Below are positions 1 to 8,814 of a stretch of DNA of 50,494 nt, piece after piece. Source of the stretch: a virus (Duplodnaviria; Caudoviricetes). Location of the stretch: positions 1 through 50,494 of the IMG/VR virus record IMGVR_UViG_3300020020_000046. The stretch is one strand, 5' to 3'. The notes under the pieces were generated by a model that worked only from the letters and a program-made list of their open reading frames with translations, was not told where the DNA came from and ran no database searches. The translations under genes and the position numbers were made by a program. Numbering within the stretch: position 1 is the first letter of the stretch; the number at the start of each line of letters is the position of its first letter.

Positions 1-3000
1 CGAGCGGGCGTGATGGTGGCGCTGGCCAGCTCCGCCTTGTAGCCCTCCTGCTGACTGCGCCATTGGGCGGCGTACTCGGCGGCGCTGAACTTCGGCTCGG
101 CGACACCGGTGATCTCCGACAGGGTCCGCGCCCCGGGCTCGGCCGCCATGGCAACGGCCGGCCCGGGGGCGGGTGGGGCCTCGGCTGCGGGGGCAGCCGG
201 GCGGTCGATGAGCTGTCCGCGGAACACGCCCCAGCGCGATCCGACCTTGGTGACGCCGTAGATGCCGCCGTCCGCCCGCAGCTCCTTGGCTGCAGCGACG
301 GCTTCCTTGCGAGTGCGGTGCTTCGAGAGCGCCGGCTCCGGCCAGGCGACCTCGTCGGCGAGGATCGCGGCATCGCCGCGGGTGGTGATCCGCCGGTGCT
401 CGGCGTCGAGCGTCGCAAGGACGGTCTCCTGCCGGGCCAGCCGGCCCTCGGCCTGCCGGACGGCCGTGTCGACCGCGGCCTGATCGAGCGCCTGCGCCAC
501 GCCGGTCGCCTCGAGCGGCAGCGAGCGCCAGTTGTCGAGTGGCACCTTGCCCTTGCCGATGGTGCGCGTGCCGAGCACCTTGGCGCGCTCGAGGAAGTCG
601 GTCACCTCGCCGGTCAGCTGGCGGGTCGGGCTGCGGTCAATGATGCCGGCCAGGCTGCGGACCTGCTCGCGCAGGCCATCGAGCGTGTCCGCGGCCGTCT
701 CGGCGCGCGCGGTCAGCGCGTCGACTGTTTCACGTGAAACCACGGCATCATCGCCGAGCACGTCGCGGACCAGCGAGGCGTACGTCGTCTCGAGGTCGCC
801 GAGCTCCGTCAGGCGGCGCTCCTGCAGCGCGTTCGCGCCCTTCCACCCGGCGGCGATCGCCTCGCGCAGCGGCGGGACCCTCTCGAGCGGATGCGCCAGC
901 GGGTCCGACAGGATGGCGAGGCTCTCGGGCGTGATGTCGACGTCGACCGCGGGCGCCAGCGCCTCGATGATGGCGACGTCGGTCGCGCGGAACCCCTCGG
1001 CCTCGACGACGTTGGTGCCGATGGCCGACGTCACGATGCGCAGCTCGCGGGCTGGGTCGTCGAGCCACGCGGCGGCCTCGTCGACGAACGCCGACAGCGC
1101 AGCGTCGCGCTCCACGGCGATCGCGGCCGCCGTGGCGCCCGGCTTCTCGTCGGCCCGGTACGGGTGCGTGAGCGCATCGCGCAGGCTTCGGAAGGCCTCG
1201 GCGTCGAGCGCCCCCTCGAGCTCGCCGCCGTAGCGGTCGCCCATGATGTGCTCGAGCCTGTCGACGAGGTCGAGCGCCTCGCCGCGCTGGATCGCTGAGT
1301 CGTACATCCGGCCCCACCACTCGCTCACCCGCTGCCATGCGAGGTCGGGCTTCGTCTGCACGTCACGCTCGGTCATCCGATAGACGGCGTTGAGGACCTT
1401 GGTGAGATCGCCGGAGACGGGCCCGGTCAGCTCCTCGGGCGGGGTGTCGAGCAGCTTCGCCACCGTATCCTGGCGGAGCTTGAACGCCTTGGCAATGGCC
1501 AATCGGCTCTCCGCCTCGTGCGGCCGGATGGCCGGCACGGCCTCGGTCCGCGGGCGGGCAGCCGACAGGTCCGCCGACGCCTGCTTGGCCATCGCCGAGT
1601 CGAGGATGCCCTCGAGCTGGCGACGGGTGATGCGCGGGGCCCGTCCGCCGCGGCGACCGAGCGCCCCGGCCTTGTATTCGATGATCGAGGGCACGCCCTG
1701 GCGCAGCTGGTTGAGGTCCCGGGCGCTGACGACGTCGGTCGGCTTGTAGTCGGTCTCGAGCCGGGCCCGGAACTCGCTCACGAACGTCGTGTTGACGTCC
1801 GGCCGCAGCGCCACGACCGCGGCCTCGTGAACGTCGCCGGCCCGCTTGCTGGCCTTGATCCATGCCGTCAGGTTGACCAGCGACGTGTAGCCGTCGTACT
1901 CGCCGATGAAGCCCTCCGCGCCGAGCTCGCTGGCGTCGGTGATCTTGGCGCGCTCCCAAAACTCGGTCTTGATCGCGTCGGCGATGGCATCGGCATCCTT
2001 GCCCCGGCCGGTCAGCGCCGACTGCAGCAGCTTGATGCCCTGCTCGTGGTAGGCGGTCCAGAACGCCTCGTTGCGGGTCACGACGTCGGCCTCGGCCTCG
2101 AGGAACCGCAGGCGCGGCTCGTTGCGTTCGCGGACGACGTGCATGGCGACGTGCAGCAGACCGTTCTTGAGGTCGCGTGTCGAGAGCGGTCCGTCCTCGC
2201 CGTACAGCCGTTCGAGCGCGATCGGGTCCCAGCCGAGCTTGTCGCCGACACGCTCGCGCAGCACGTCGAGCGGCATGTCGGCGATCGAGCCGAGATTGCG
2301 CGCCGCGACCGGGCTGACGTCGAGCTCGGGGCCACCGAACAGCTTGACTGACGCGCGCTCCTTGGCGCCGGTGTAGATGGTCTTGGCCGTGCGCAGGGGG
2401 TGGACCGCGAAGCCATCGACGAGCATCAGCCCCGGGTTGTTGGACAGCGGCATTTCCCACAGCCAGCGGTCCATCATCACGACGCCCTCGTCGTAGCCGG
2501 CCATGTCGAACGCCTGCTTGAGCGCCCACTCGCCGGTCCGGATGCCGGAGCCCGCGATAAGTGACAGCCGGTTGGCCTTCTCGAGCCCGTAGCCGATCGA
2601 CTTGAAGCCGCGCCAGGCACGCGGCAGGGACCACGCTCCGACGAACTCCGCGGTCGGGATGGCCCGCCCGACGAGACCGGCACGCTCGAGGCTGACCCAC
2701 GTCTCGGCCACCCGCCCGACGGCGGCCGCGGTCCGCGTCGGCCCGGCGATCGCGGCGGCGGTGCCCGCGCCGATGTTGCCGAGCTGCCCGATGCCACGCG
2801 CCACGAAGCCCGTCCCCCGGACGAGTCCGCCGCCGACGAGCAGCGGGGCGATGTTCACCGACAGCTCCGCGAGGAGGTTCAGCCCCGGGTCGTAGCTGAA
2901 CGGCTCGCCCACGACGAGCTTGTTGATCTGCTCGTCGGTGATGTCCGGGTTGTCGAAGATCGCCTGCACGGCGTCGGGGCGCAGGTCCCACAGCTCCGCG

Positions 3001-3830
3001 ACCATGTCGAGCTCCGACAGCCCCGCCGCGGCTGCCTTGGCCCTGATCCCCTCGAGGTTGTATTTGCTCGAGTCGAACCGATTGATCGACCGCTCGATGA
3101 GGCTGCCGCCGGTCGAGCCCGTGCGGGCGATGTCGCGCACGAACTCCGCCCGCCGCTCGGCCTCGGTCGAACGCGCGAAGTCGTTGAGCGCGATAAACGG
3201 CGCGCTGATCGCGTCGCCGACGGCCCCGACGCCGTCGATGATGTTGTCCAGCACGTTGCCGAAGTCACCTTCGGACAGGTTCTCGAGGATCGCCTGGTCG
3301 TTGACCGGGCCCGCGGGCTTGGCGTACGGATCGGTGCTCACCGGCTGCTGGTAGTTGTGGCCGAGCGCGCTGGTGATGAGCGACAGCGGCGCCTCGCGAG
3401 CGTAGGTCGCGAAGTTTTGCGCGTTGATCGGCGTCGTCGCGAGCCCGATGGCGCCGACGCCCGTGTTGACCTGCATCGTCCCGCCGCGCTGGCCGGGTGG
3501 GGTGCCGAGGAGGAACTGCCCGGGGGCACTCTCGGCGAGGCCCGAGATCGACTCGCCGAGCAGGTTCACGTTGTAGCGCTGGGGCGGCCCGGCCGGGCTG
3601 TACGCCGCCTGGCTGACCCGCCCGACGGCCGGAGCGAACGCGCTGTATTGCTGCCCGCCGGTCCGCTCGGCCAGCCGGTTGTAATCGGGCAGCGGCTTCG
3701 CGTCGCGGTAACGCAGGTTGGTGAAAAAGGCGTCGAGCGACGCACCCGCATTGGCCATCGGCGGCTTGCTGGTCGTGCCGGCATAGCTCTGATAGGCGGC
3801 GTCGTAATCGTCGAAGTAATCGTCGGTCAC
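1..3830 (-). CDS. Giant internal virion/ejection (large polyvalent) protein, N-terminal part; continues across the window end into 50487..44808
   Basis: GTG at 3830 overlaps the upstream TGA (GTGA); reads MTDDYFDDYDAAYQSYAG... open to position 1; missing from the ORF track because no stop occurs before the edge; exact antisense shadow ORFs (63..737, 891..1298, 1518..2351) share this frame. Confidence 0.85.
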   Translation of the reverse strand, partial: MTDDYFDDYDAAYQSYAGTTSKPPMANAGASLDAFFTNLRYRDAKPLPDYNRLAERTGGQQYSAFAPAVGRVSQAAYSPAGPPQRYNVNLLGESISGLAESAPGQFLLGTPPGQRGGTMQVNTGVGAIGLATTPINAQNFATYAREAPLSLITSALGHNYQQPVSTDPYAKPAGPVNDQAILENLSEGDFGNVLDNIIDGVGAVGDAISAPFIALNDFARSTEAERRAEFVRDIARTGSTGGSLIERSINRFDSSKYNLEGIRAKAAAAGLSELDMVAELWDLRPDAVQAIFDNPDITDEQINKLVVGEPFSYDPGLNLLAELSVNIAPLLVGGGLVRGTGFVARGIGQLGNIGAGTAAAIAGPTRTAAAVGRVAETWVSLERAGLVGRAIPTAEFVGAWSLPRAWRGFKSIGYGLEKANRLSLIAGSGIRTGEWALKQAFDMAGYDEGVVMMDRWLWEMPLSNNPGLMLVDGFAVHPLRTAKTIYTGAKERASVKLFGGPELDVSPVAARNLGSIADMPLDVLRERVGDKLGWDPIALERLYGEDGPLSTRDLKNGLLHVAMHVVRERNEPRLRFLEAEADVVTRNEAFWTAYHEQGIKLLQSALTGRGKDADAIADAIKTEFWERAKITDASELGAEGFIGEYDGYTSLVNLTAWIKASKRAGDVHEAAVVALRPDVNTTFVSEFRARLETDYKPTDVVSARDLNQLRQGVPSIIEYKAGALGRRGGRAPRITRRQLEGILDSAMAKQASADLSAARPRTEAVPAIRPHEAESRLAIAKAFKLRQDTVAKLLDTPPEELTGPVSGDLTKVLNAVYRMTERDVQTKPDLAWQRVSEWWGRMYDSAIQRGEALDLVDRLEHIMGDRYGGELEGALDAEAFRSLRDALTHPYRADEKPGATAAAIAVERDAALSAFVDEAAAWLDDPARELRIVTSAIGTNVVEAEGFRATDVAIIEALAPAVDVDITPESLAILSDPLAHPLERVPPLREAIAAGWKGANALQERRLTELGDLETTYASLVRDVLGDDAVVSRETVDALTARAETAADTLDGLREQVRSLAGIIDRSPTRQLTGEVTDFLERAKVLGTRTIGKGKVPLDNWRSLPLEATGVAQALDQAAVDTAVRQAEGRLARQETVLATLDAEHRRITTRGDAAILADEVAWPEPALSKHRTRKEAVAAAKELRADGGIYGVTKVGSRWGVFRGQLIDRPAAPAAEAPPAPGPAVAMAAEPGARTLSEITGVAEPKFSAAEYAAQWRSQQEGYKAELASATITPA

Positions 3831-6800
3831 AGCGCTTCGCGCTCGGTCGCGACGCGGGCGTTCTTGGCCACGGGCGGCGGCTTGGTCGGCTTCTTGGCCG
3901 GGCCCTCACGTGACGCGGCCGACGGCTTGATGAGCGGCTTGTTGGCGGGCTTCTTGGGTGGCTTCTTCTTGCTCGGCTTCTTCTTGTTGACCTTCGGCAG
4001 CGGCGCCAGCGCCTTGAGCTGCGGGCCCTCCATCGCGCCACGCGACGGGACCTCGAGCAGCGACGGCGTCGGCGTCGGGCGCAGGACCGGCACCGGCGGT
4101 GGCTTGACCCCGACGTCGCGCCGCTCATCGAGCCGATCGAGCGCGACGCGCTTCGCCGTGCCCAGGAAGGCGGGCGTACGGAACCCCGTCGGCGCAAGCT
4201 CGCTGCCACCGGGCCCCCAGCTGGGTCCACGACGCGGCTCGATGACCGGGGTCGGCTTCGAGAGCTCGGCGCGGCGACGGCCGAGCGCGCCAGCATCGTC
4301 CGACGCCGAGACCTGCTCGCGCAGGCCACGAGCGCCCGGGTTCCACGCCCCCTCGCGAGCTTGGTCGAGGATGCTGTCGATGAACGGCGCGCTCTTGTAC
4401 GTGTCGGGGCTGACCAGCATCCAGTCCGGCCGGGCATCGAAACGGCCGTCGGGGCGAGCCGTGGCGGTCGTGTAGCTCGCGCCCGGGGCGCCGAAGCCCC
4501 ACGCATCACCGCCGGTCACACCGGCGCTCCTCGAGTCGAGCGGACCCCACCAATGGGCGACCCGCTCGGCGGTCGGATCGACCTCCTTGCCGCCCTTCAT
4601 CCACAGCTCTGTCTTGGGGTCGAAGGTGACGCCGGGTTCGATGATGAGCCGAGGCGCGGGGCCGGCGCCCGGGACGTAGCGCAGCCACGTTTGCCCGTCG
4701 ACCGTGACCCAGCGGACCTGCCGCCCCTGCTCGAACGTGGTGATGGACCGGATCGGCAGCGTCACCCGCTTGCCGTCGATGACGTACGGGTCGACCGAGG
4801 CCGGCGCCCCCTGCTGGACGAGGCGACCCTGATCGGCCTTGGCGATGCCCGTGGTGGCCGCCGTCGACACGAACACGGGCAACGTGTCGACTCCCGTGGC
4901 GATCTCTTGGCGGACCTCCACGTCCTCGCCGTCGTAGCGGATCATCACGCCGGCGGTCGCGTCGAGATACGCCGGTTTCTCGATGCCGGTCGCCTGGTCG
5001 ACCACGAACGAGCCCGGGGCGGCGGGGTCGATGACGTTGAGCGCGATGCGACCGTCAGCGCCCTGGCTGAGATAGCCGCGGTTCGGGTCGAGCTTCGCCT
5101 GCACGATGTTGCCGTCACCGTCAACGACCGTCTGGATGCCGCCGTCGCTCATCAAACCGAGGACCGGGTCGCCGGTCGGATTGAAGAACTCGCTCGTCTC
5201 GTCGAGCGCGCGCGGGGCGATCTCGGCGAGGTCGCGGGCGATGTGGTCGCGCTGCTCGGCCGTGAGCAGCGGATTGTTCGACAGCCGCGGGTCGAGCGGG
5301 TCGCCCGGGCCAAGGCCGAGGATGAAGCGGGCCAGCTGGGCCTGCTCGTTGACGAGGTTCGCGTACTCGGCGTAGCGACTGCCCGCGAGGGCGCGCTCCT
5401 TCGCCCGCTGGATGTCGCCCCACGTCTTTTGATAGACGTCCATCGTGTATTGCCCGCCGCGACGCTCGAGGGCCTTGGTCGCGGTGATGAGCAGCCCGGT
5501 CCAGCGCTGCGCCTCCTTGGCGTTGTCGGCGCGGCGAAGCCCGTCGCGGGCGTAGTTGACATTCATCATGTCCATCTGCTGCATCAGCGACGGCGTGAAC
5601 TCGAGGTCATAGCCGTTGCCGCGCGGGTCGTAGTAGGTCCACGTCCGGGCGCCAGTCTGGAAGGCCGCCGTGATCGAGCGCAGGTTGTTGTCCCACCACT
5701 TCTTGGACACCGGGCTCTCGATGTTCACGCTGAACAGCTCGCGGAAGCCGGGCGGCGGCTTGGCGGTGCCGAGGAAGTCCTGCAGGATCGACGGGCCGCC
5801 GAGGGCCTTGGGGCCGAGGTTGATCGCGCCACCGCCACCGCCGCCACCTGCGCCGCCGCCACCGCCGCCACCTGCGCCGCCGCCACCGCCGCCACCACCT
5901 GCGCCGCCGGAGCGCTTGAGCTGGTCGATGGCGAGGGTCAGCTGGCGATAGCGCTCGGAGCCTGTGTTCATGCCCGCCCGGGCGGCCGTGTAGAACCGGA
6001 TCAGCGCCGAGACCGGCTTGGTCCCCTTCTGCACTTGGAACCGCAGCCGATCTTCGGCCAGGCTGAACGTGAACTCGCGCAGCCGGTTGCCCGCCTGCTG
6101 CTTCTCGGCCGTGCCCTCGGGGGCGTTGAGGTAGTCATCCTTGAGATACTGCAGGAACTTCTTGTCGCTGACCTTGCCGGCCGAGCGCTGGCCCTGGATC
6201 GTGGCCTCGCGCTCGGTGCCCTCCTCGGTGCGGACGCGCTCGCGCAGGTCCTCGAGCTGGCGGGCGAGGTTCTTGTAGGTCGGACTGCCCTGATCGAGCC
6301 CGGCCATCCGGCCCTGCAGCTTCTTGATGAGCGCGCCGCCCGACATCCGATTGTGCGAGTACGCCTGATAGGCGTCGGACAGGTCCTCGTCGGCGATGCG
6401 CTCCTTGAGGCTCGTGACGGTCTCGAGCCAGTCGTCGGCGTCGGGCGCGTCCTGCGCGGCGTCGCGGAACCCCTCGGCCATCTTGAGCAGTTGCTCGGTC
6501 GACGCCTTGCCCTGATTGACCTTGGTCACGAGGTCCGAGTAGCGAGCCTGTCGGATATCGACAGCGGTCGCGGCGACGCGGTCGAGCTGCTCGCGATACG
6601 CCTCGTTGTTCTTGTCCATCCCCGCGAGGCGCGCCTTGTCGTAGGCCTGCAGCCGGCCGAGCGCCTCGGTCCGCTCGCCGAGCGTGTTGGCGTTGTTCAC
6701 GTCCCGGGCGATCTTGTTGCGCCCGATCGTGTAGACGGCGTCGTCGAGCTTGTTCTTGTTGGCGAGGTGCTCACGCGACCCAGGCACGCTGACCGCCACC

Positions 6801-6988
6801 ATCCGCTCGAGGCTCTTGATGTATTCCTCGTCGGTCGCCTGCCCGTTGGCCCACGCGACCGCGACGGCATACGCCTCGAACGCCTCGAGCGAGCTAATCG
6901 ACTCGCCGCTGATGTTGTAACGACCGAGGCCACCCGACCCGCCGCCGAAGGGGTCCAGCGTGCCGGTGAACGACCCGCCGCGGGCCAT
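3827..6988 (-). CDS. Large putative internal virion protein, 1053 aa (helical repeats, poly-Gly linker, Lys/Pro-rich tail)
   Basis: Long ORF with high-GC codon bias between the portal and the giant protein; about six ~50-aa helical repeats in the N-terminal third. Confidence 0.75.
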   Translation of the reverse strand: MARGGSFTGTLDPFGGGSGGLGRYNISGESISSLEAFEAYAVAVAWANGQATDEEYIKSLERMVAVSVPGSREHLANKNKLDDAVYTIGRNKIARDVNNANTLGERTEALGRLQAYDKARLAGMDKNNEAYREQLDRVAATAVDIRQARYSDLVTKVNQGKASTEQLLKMAEGFRDAAQDAPDADDWLETVTSLKERIADEDLSDAYQAYSHNRMSGGALIKKLQGRMAGLDQGSPTYKNLARQLEDLRERVRTEEGTEREATIQGQRSAGKVSDKKFLQYLKDDYLNAPEGTAEKQQAGNRLREFTFSLAEDRLRFQVQKGTKPVSALIRFYTAARAGMNTGSERYRQLTLAIDQLKRSGGAGGGGGGGGAGGGGGGGAGGGGGGGAINLGPKALGGPSILQDFLGTAKPPPGFRELFSVNIESPVSKKWWDNNLRSITAAFQTGARTWTYYDPRGNGYDLEFTPSLMQQMDMMNVNYARDGLRRADNAKEAQRWTGLLITATKALERRGGQYTMDVYQKTWGDIQRAKERALAGSRYAEYANLVNEQAQLARFILGLGPGDPLDPRLSNNPLLTAEQRDHIARDLAEIAPRALDETSEFFNPTGDPVLGLMSDGGIQTVVDGDGNIVQAKLDPNRGYLSQGADGRIALNVIDPAAPGSFVVDQATGIEKPAYLDATAGVMIRYDGEDVEVRQEIATGVDTLPVFVSTAATTGIAKADQGRLVQQGAPASVDPYVIDGKRVTLPIRSITTFEQGRQVRWVTVDGQTWLRYVPGAGPAPRLIIEPGVTFDPKTELWMKGGKEVDPTAERVAHWWGPLDSRSAGVTGGDAWGFGAPGASYTTATARPDGRFDARPDWMLVSPDTYKSAPFIDSILDQAREGAWNPGARGLREQVSASDDAGALGRRRAELSKPTPVIEPRRGPSWGPGGSELAPTGFRTPAFLGTAKRVALDRLDERRDVGVKPPPVPVLRPTPTPSLLEVPSRGAMEGPQLKALAPLPKVNKKKPSKKKPPKKPANKPLIKPSAASREGPAKKPTKPPPVAKNARVATEREAL
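5829..5909. repeat. ~24-bp tandem repeat x3 encoding a (G7-8A)n linker
   Basis: CCGCCGCCACCGCCGCCACCTGCG-like units visible. Confidence 0.85.
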
Positions 6989-7168
6989 CTACTTCACCTT
7001 GGGCTTCGGGCGGCCTGCACGCATCTGGCTGAACTGCTTGATCGACGGCGTCGACTTGCTCGGTCGCCCCTGCTTGGGCTTGTTGAGGTGGCCGGTCGCC
7101 ATCGACCGGCGCTGGCGCAGCCGGAACGGGAACTTGAGCGTGAACGTCGGCGCGTGGTAGGACTTCAC
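6989..7168 (-). CDS. Small basic protein, 59 aa (MKSYHAPTFTLKFPFRLRQRR...KPKVK)
   Basis: Fills the gap exactly: GTGA overlap upstream, TAG abutting the next ATG; below the ORF-track size cutoff. Confidence 0.75.
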   Translation of the reverse strand: MKSYHAPTFTLKFPFRLRQRRSMATGHLNKPKQGRPSKSTPSIKQFSQMRAGRPKPKVK

Positions 7169-8214
7169 AGCACTCGCGTTCTCGCCGACTTCTTGGCTAC
7201 CGGCTTCTTCGCCGTCGACGGCTTCTTGGTGCGTGTCGTGCCTCGCTTCTTGCCCCCGGCCGATCCGGTATGGCCGCGGGTGGTCGACCGGGCTTTCTTC
7301 TTGGCGCCGTGGACAGGCTTCGGCTTGGCCTTGGGCGGCTTCTTGGCCGCGCCGGGCTTCGACGCTCCACCGGCCTTGACTGGCTTCTTGGCGACCGCCG
7401 GCTTGGCCGCGGGCTTGGCGCCCGGCTTGGTCGCCCCAGCGGCCCGTACAGGCTTCGTGGCGGGCGTCGGACTGCCTGCGGTGCCTGCGGTGCTACCGAA
7501 CCCCTGGCCGGCCTTGGTGGCCCCTCCACCGGCCCGTGCGGGGCGTGCAGCGGGTGTCGGCGACCCGGCCGAGCCAGCCGTGGAACCGAAACCCTGGCCG
7601 GACTTCGTCGGAGCGCCCCCGGCGCGCGCTGGTCGCGCTGCAGGTGTCGGCGATCCCGCCCGTCCGGCGGTACTGCCGAAACCGACGCCCGCCTTGGTCG
7701 CGGGGCCCCCGGCGCGTGCTGGCCGCTTCGCTGGCGAGGGCGCGCCACGCGACGGGCCGTACAGCCCTTGGAGCGCTGGCCCGGCCGTGGCGGCCGCGCG
7801 GCCCGCGCTGATCGCGGCGGCGGTACCCACGGCTCGAGCTCCGGCGGCGGTGCCGATGAGCAGCGGCGCAGACGGGCGCGGAGCAAGCGTGCCAGCGGCT
7901 CGTGGCGCCGGCGAGGTGCTTACGCCGGAGCCCGATGACGAGCCGCCCGAGGTCCCGCCCGGGCGAGCCGCCGGTCGTGGAGCAGGCTTCGCCCCGACAG
8001 ACGGGCGCGGCGCCGACGTGGGCGCGTTCGGATCATCGAGGAACCCGCCGATGGAATAGCGCGACAGGTCGCCCGCGCTGCGCAGACGGCGACCGGCGAA
8101 CGCCTGGCCGGCGCGGCCGACCTCGGTCGCGAGGCGCTGCTGGCCGACGGTGATCGCCTGCTTGTTGGCTTGCTTGGCATCTTCCTTGGCCTGCTTTTCC
8201 TCGGCGGTGGCCAT
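7165..8214 (-). CDS. Histone H1-like Ala/Gly/Lys/Pro-rich protein, 349 aa
   Basis: RBS AGGAG; three 30-aa repeats followed by an AKP/AKK-rich tail (KPAAKPAVAKKPVK...AKKPVAKKSAR). Confidence 0.75.
   Translation of the reverse strand: MATAEEKQAKEDAKQANKQAITVGQQRLATEVGRAGQAFAGRRLRSAGDLSRYSIGGFLDDPNAPTSAPRPSVGAKPAPRPAARPGGTSGGSSSGSGVSTSPAPRAAGTLAPRPSAPLLIGTAAGARAVGTAAAISAGRAAATAGPALQGLYGPSRGAPSPAKRPARAGGPATKAGVGFGSTAGRAGSPTPAARPARAGGAPTKSGQGFGSTAGSAGSPTPAARPARAGGGATKAGQGFGSTAGTAGSPTPATKPVRAAGATKPGAKPAAKPAVAKKPVKAGGASKPGAAKKPPKAKPKPVHGAKKKARSTTRGHTGSAGGKKRGTTRTKKPSTAKKPVAKKSARTRVL
7453..7722. repeat. 90-bp (30-aa) tandem repeat x3: PARAGGxxTKxGxGFGSTAGxAGSPTPAxx
   Basis: Seen directly in the translation. 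Confidence 0.9.
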
Positions 8215-8246
8215 CGCGTTCTCCTAGAGCTCGTGCAGCATCGGGT

Positions 8247-8278
8247 GAGCCGCCCGGGGGCCGGGACCCGGGCGGCTC
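8247..8278 (-). terminator. GC-rich intergenic hairpin (12-bp stem, no U-tract)
   Basis: GAGCCGCCCGGG-N8-CCCGGGCGGCTC just downstream of a stop codon. Confidence 0.5.
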
Positions 8279-8292
8279 GGCCAGTGTGGCAG

Positions 8293-8811
8293 CTAGGCGG
8301 TGGCCTTCGCCTTCGCCGGGGCCCGGCGCGAGCTCGTCGAGCCCCGCTTGACACCGCTGGGCGGCGTCGCGAGGTTCGGCTGGGCCTTGGTGACCTTGTT
8401 GGCCGGGATGTCGGCGATGCCCGCAGCGTCACGGGGCAGGTCCGCGGCCTGCGCCTCGTCGGACGGCACCGGGTTCGTCGGCTGCGGGCTGGTCGCGGAG
8501 CTGATGAGGACGGGTGGGCGATCCTCGGAGCGCGGGCTCGAGTCGGCCCGGTGGTCGCTCGGGTCGATCCTGGGTCGCAGCCCGTCGTCGACGACGCGGT
8601 TCTTGTGAGCCTTGTCGGCGTTGTCGAGAGCGGTCTCGATGTCCGCGCGGCTCACGCGAGCCTCGCTGAACAGGAGCCCGGTGCCGGTGTCGTAGCGCTC
8701 GGCGGCGCGGTTGACACCGAATGTGTACGAGCCGTCGTCGTTGCGCGTCGCGTTGACGCGGGTCGCCGCGGTCTCCGCCTCGAGCCCGACGATCTCGTCC
8801 TTCTTGGCCAT
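8293..8811 (-). CDS. Hypothetical protein, 172 aa, basic disordered C-terminus
   Basis: ATG with GGAGG RBS, directly after the portal gene. Confidence 0.75.
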   Translation of the reverse strand: MAKKDEIVGLEAETAATRVNATRNDDGSYTFGVNRAAERYDTGTGLLFSEARVSRADIETALDNADKAHKNRVVDDGLRPRIDPSDHRADSSPRSEDRPPVLISSATSPQPTNPVPSDEAQAADLPRDAAGIADIPANKVTKAQPNLATPPSGVKRGSTSSRRAPAKAKATA

Positions 8812-8814
8812 TGC

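Noticed and set aside
1363-2991. 542-aa Arg-rich minus-strand ORF
   Set aside because: Off-frame within the giant gene, with R/G/P-rich junk composition
4361-8059. 1232-aa plus-strand ORF
   Set aside because: Antisense shadow of the 1053-aa and 349-aa genes
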